Source: a virus
Taxonomy: Duplodnaviria > Caudoviricetes
IMG/VR virus record: IMGVR_UViG_3300020044_003799
Location: 1 to 24,755 of that record
Reading direction: 5' to 3' (one strand)
Length of the DNA stretch: 24,755 bases
Part shown: in pieces, positions 23,201 through 24,755 of the stretch
How the letters are laid out: every line of letters begins with the position of its first letter
Numbering within the stretch: position 1 is the first letter of the stretch
Program-made: the position numbers and the translations under genes
Notes under the pieces: model-generated
Databases searched by the model: none
The model's input: the letters and a program-made list of their open reading frames with translations, nothing else
What the model was told of the DNA's origin: nothing

Positions 23201-24754
23201 TTACCATTCTAGGCTTCTGAATCCGTGTGATTCGCTAATGAAAACATTGTCCAGATGACAGTGTAATGCCATTACCATTGCAATAATACCGTCTACTTTG
23301 GCTGATGGGTCTGCTTCATTCTTTCGCAATTTTACATTGGAATTTATATCCACATACTGTTCCACATTTCCAAGCTGCCAGCCAATGAATGGATTGCCAT
23401 CATGTTTAATGGCCTTCTTCAATATCAACTGTTCTGCCGTTTTAGACGGGTTTGACAGCACGGCCATACTCTGGCCCACCTTTTTTACCGGCAAACCATG
23501 CGAGTAAAGATTGGCAACCAATGCTGCGGCATTGTATGGATCGAAGCCAATTTCTTTGACTTGGATGCCTTCACATACCTGTTTCACATAGTTTTCGATC
23601 TCATTTAAATCGGTGACATTGCCAGGTGTCAGCTTCAAAATACCAGATTCAACCGCTTGCAAGTAAATCGAGCGGTAATGGTTTGGGATCAAATCCAATG
23701 ACTCTTCCGGCAGGAAGAACATAAATTTGGCGTAGAAATCTTCTTCACCATAGCGCCGCAAAGTGCAAATGGCATTCAAATCTCGACTATGGGCCAAGTC
23801 AAATGCAATAAATGTGGCCTCTGGCTCGGCCTCCGGCAAAGGCGCAATTGACTCATCCCAGAACCTCCGGTCAACCCAAGCTGAGTTGGCCGACACATAG
23901 ATGTTCAATTGCTTGCACAGGAATTCATTCAAGCTGGCCGGTTTTGCCGATGCCTCTTCAGCCATGTGCTTAATGGCCTCCACCGTCACCGACACGCCCA
24001 GCATTGGGTTGGCCTTGCCCCAGATCGCAGGGTTGCTCCATTCATCACCAGGATCAATGCCATACAGCAAACCAAACCATTTGAAGGTGTCCTCCGCAGC
24101 GCCCCGCAGGACAGCACGGAAATGCGTCAAGTCTTCATGGAACTTTGTCTCGCGGGTAAAGCTGGCCGTGGTCAGGTACATCCGCATGGGGTTTTTCCTT
24201 GCGCCCATACCTGAGTGCAAAACCTCAATAGAAGATCGCTCAACAATCTGCGCCGCCTCATCAATCAACGCGCAGGACGGATTCTTACCATCGCCGGTCT
24301 TCCTGTTCTCGCGGCTCAATGCTCGATATGTCGAAGTCGAATCACCGGCCTTTTTCAACTCACTGCGAAAAACTGTAAATTTAGATGCCAGACTCGGCTC
24401 CATTGATTCCACAATTGCCTTGGATGAGTCAAAGCAGATGGTGGCCTGTTCCCTGTTGGTTGCCAGCGTAAACACCTCTGCGCCAGCGTCACCAAACAAT
24501 AATTCGTAACAGGCAATGATGGATGCCAGAGTTGTCTTGCCCGACTTGCGCGGCACAAACAAAATGACATCAGTGACCCACCGCTTGGAGTGATCACGCT
24601 TGTCGCGGAAGCCATAGATCGCCACCAGAAATAGCACCTGGAATGGCGATAGCTGCACCACTGTGCCAGCGTCTTTGCCCTTGACATGTTTGCAGAACTT
24701 GGAGAACTTGAGGATGTGTTCAGCCTTGGCCGGAACAAACTCAAACGGCGCGTC
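23201..24754 (-). CDS. terL: Terminase large subunit (5'-partial; frame open to the window edge)
   Basis: Walker A-like PRKSGKT, Walker B LIDE, TTAS, WGKANP.LG, nuclease FDLA...D, FDPYNA and KVDG motifs. The frame stays open upstream of the ORF-track GTG at 24661 (DAPFEFVPAKAEHILKF...). Confidence 0.96.
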   Translation of the reverse strand, partial: DAPFEFVPAKAEHILKFSKFCKHVKGKDAGTVVQLSPFQVLFLVAIYGFRDKRDHSKRWVTDVILFVPRKSGKTTLASIIACYELLFGDAGAEVFTLATNREQATICFDSSKAIVESMEPSLASKFTVFRSELKKAGDSTSTYRALSRENRKTGDGKNPSCALIDEAAQIVERSSIEVLHSGMGARKNPMRMYLTTASFTRETKFHEDLTHFRAVLRGAAEDTFKWFGLLYGIDPGDEWSNPAIWGKANPMLGVSVTVEAIKHMAEEASAKPASLNEFLCKQLNIYVSANSAWVDRRFWDESIAPLPEAEPEATFIAFDLAHSRDLNAICTLRRYGEEDFYAKFMFFLPEESLDLIPNHYRSIYLQAVESGILKLTPGNVTDLNEIENYVKQVCEGIQVKEIGFDPYNAAALVANLYSHGLPVKKVGQSMAVLSNPSKTAEQLILKKAIKHDGNPFIGWQLGNVEQYVDINSNVKLRKNEADPSAKVDGIIAMVMALHCHLDNVFISESHGFRSLEW

Positions 24755-24755
24755 C

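Noticed and set aside
23901-24509. 202-aa plus-strand ORF inside the terminase gene
   Set aside because: Antisense shadow with no motif, lying wholly within a well-supported gene.
1-24755. Stop-codon reassignment
   Set aside because: The standard code yields full-length, tightly packed genes, and TAA, TGA and TAG all occur as stops at coupled gene boundaries.

Overview
The window is a slice of a tailed dsDNA phage or prophage with an HK97-type head and a long non-contractile (siphovirus-like) tail. All family assignments come from motif recognition and gene order; no searches were run. From ~2.46 kb to the right edge, one minus-strand late operon runs right to left: large terminase (5' end outside the window), portal, a possible small AT-hook ORF, prohead protease, major capsid protein (MCP), a strong terminator, a second MCP paralogue, head-tail connector, head closure, tail terminator, two tandem tail-tube paralogues, two small ORFs, tail chaperones G/GT with a visible A-AAA-AAC -1 slippery site, a displaced HK97 gp10-like gene, tape measure, a 53-aa-repeat fibre, Dit-like and hub-like proteins, a GNAT-fold acetyltransferase, a large J-like tail tip, a short fibre with its chaperone, a cupin, and a lysis region (three small or membrane ORFs, a holin, a GH19 endolysin). 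The left 2.5 kb holds small accessory genes: a degenerate HNH protein, DUF3310/SaV-like and MazG-like genes, and short hypotheticals. It also contains an apparent inversion junction at ~1005-1017. The most unusual signals are (1) duplication of both polymerising virion subunits, with the second capsid lacking the delta/scaffold domain and lying behind a terminator, and the two tube proteins keeping long identical peptide blocks on heavily diverged codons; (2) a GNAT enzyme in the tail-tip slot where lambda-like phages carry the K/I genes, plus a cupin after the fibre; (3) the head-to-head broken-gene junction near 1010. No tRNA, rRNA, CRISPR array, integrase or reverse transcriptase was seen.
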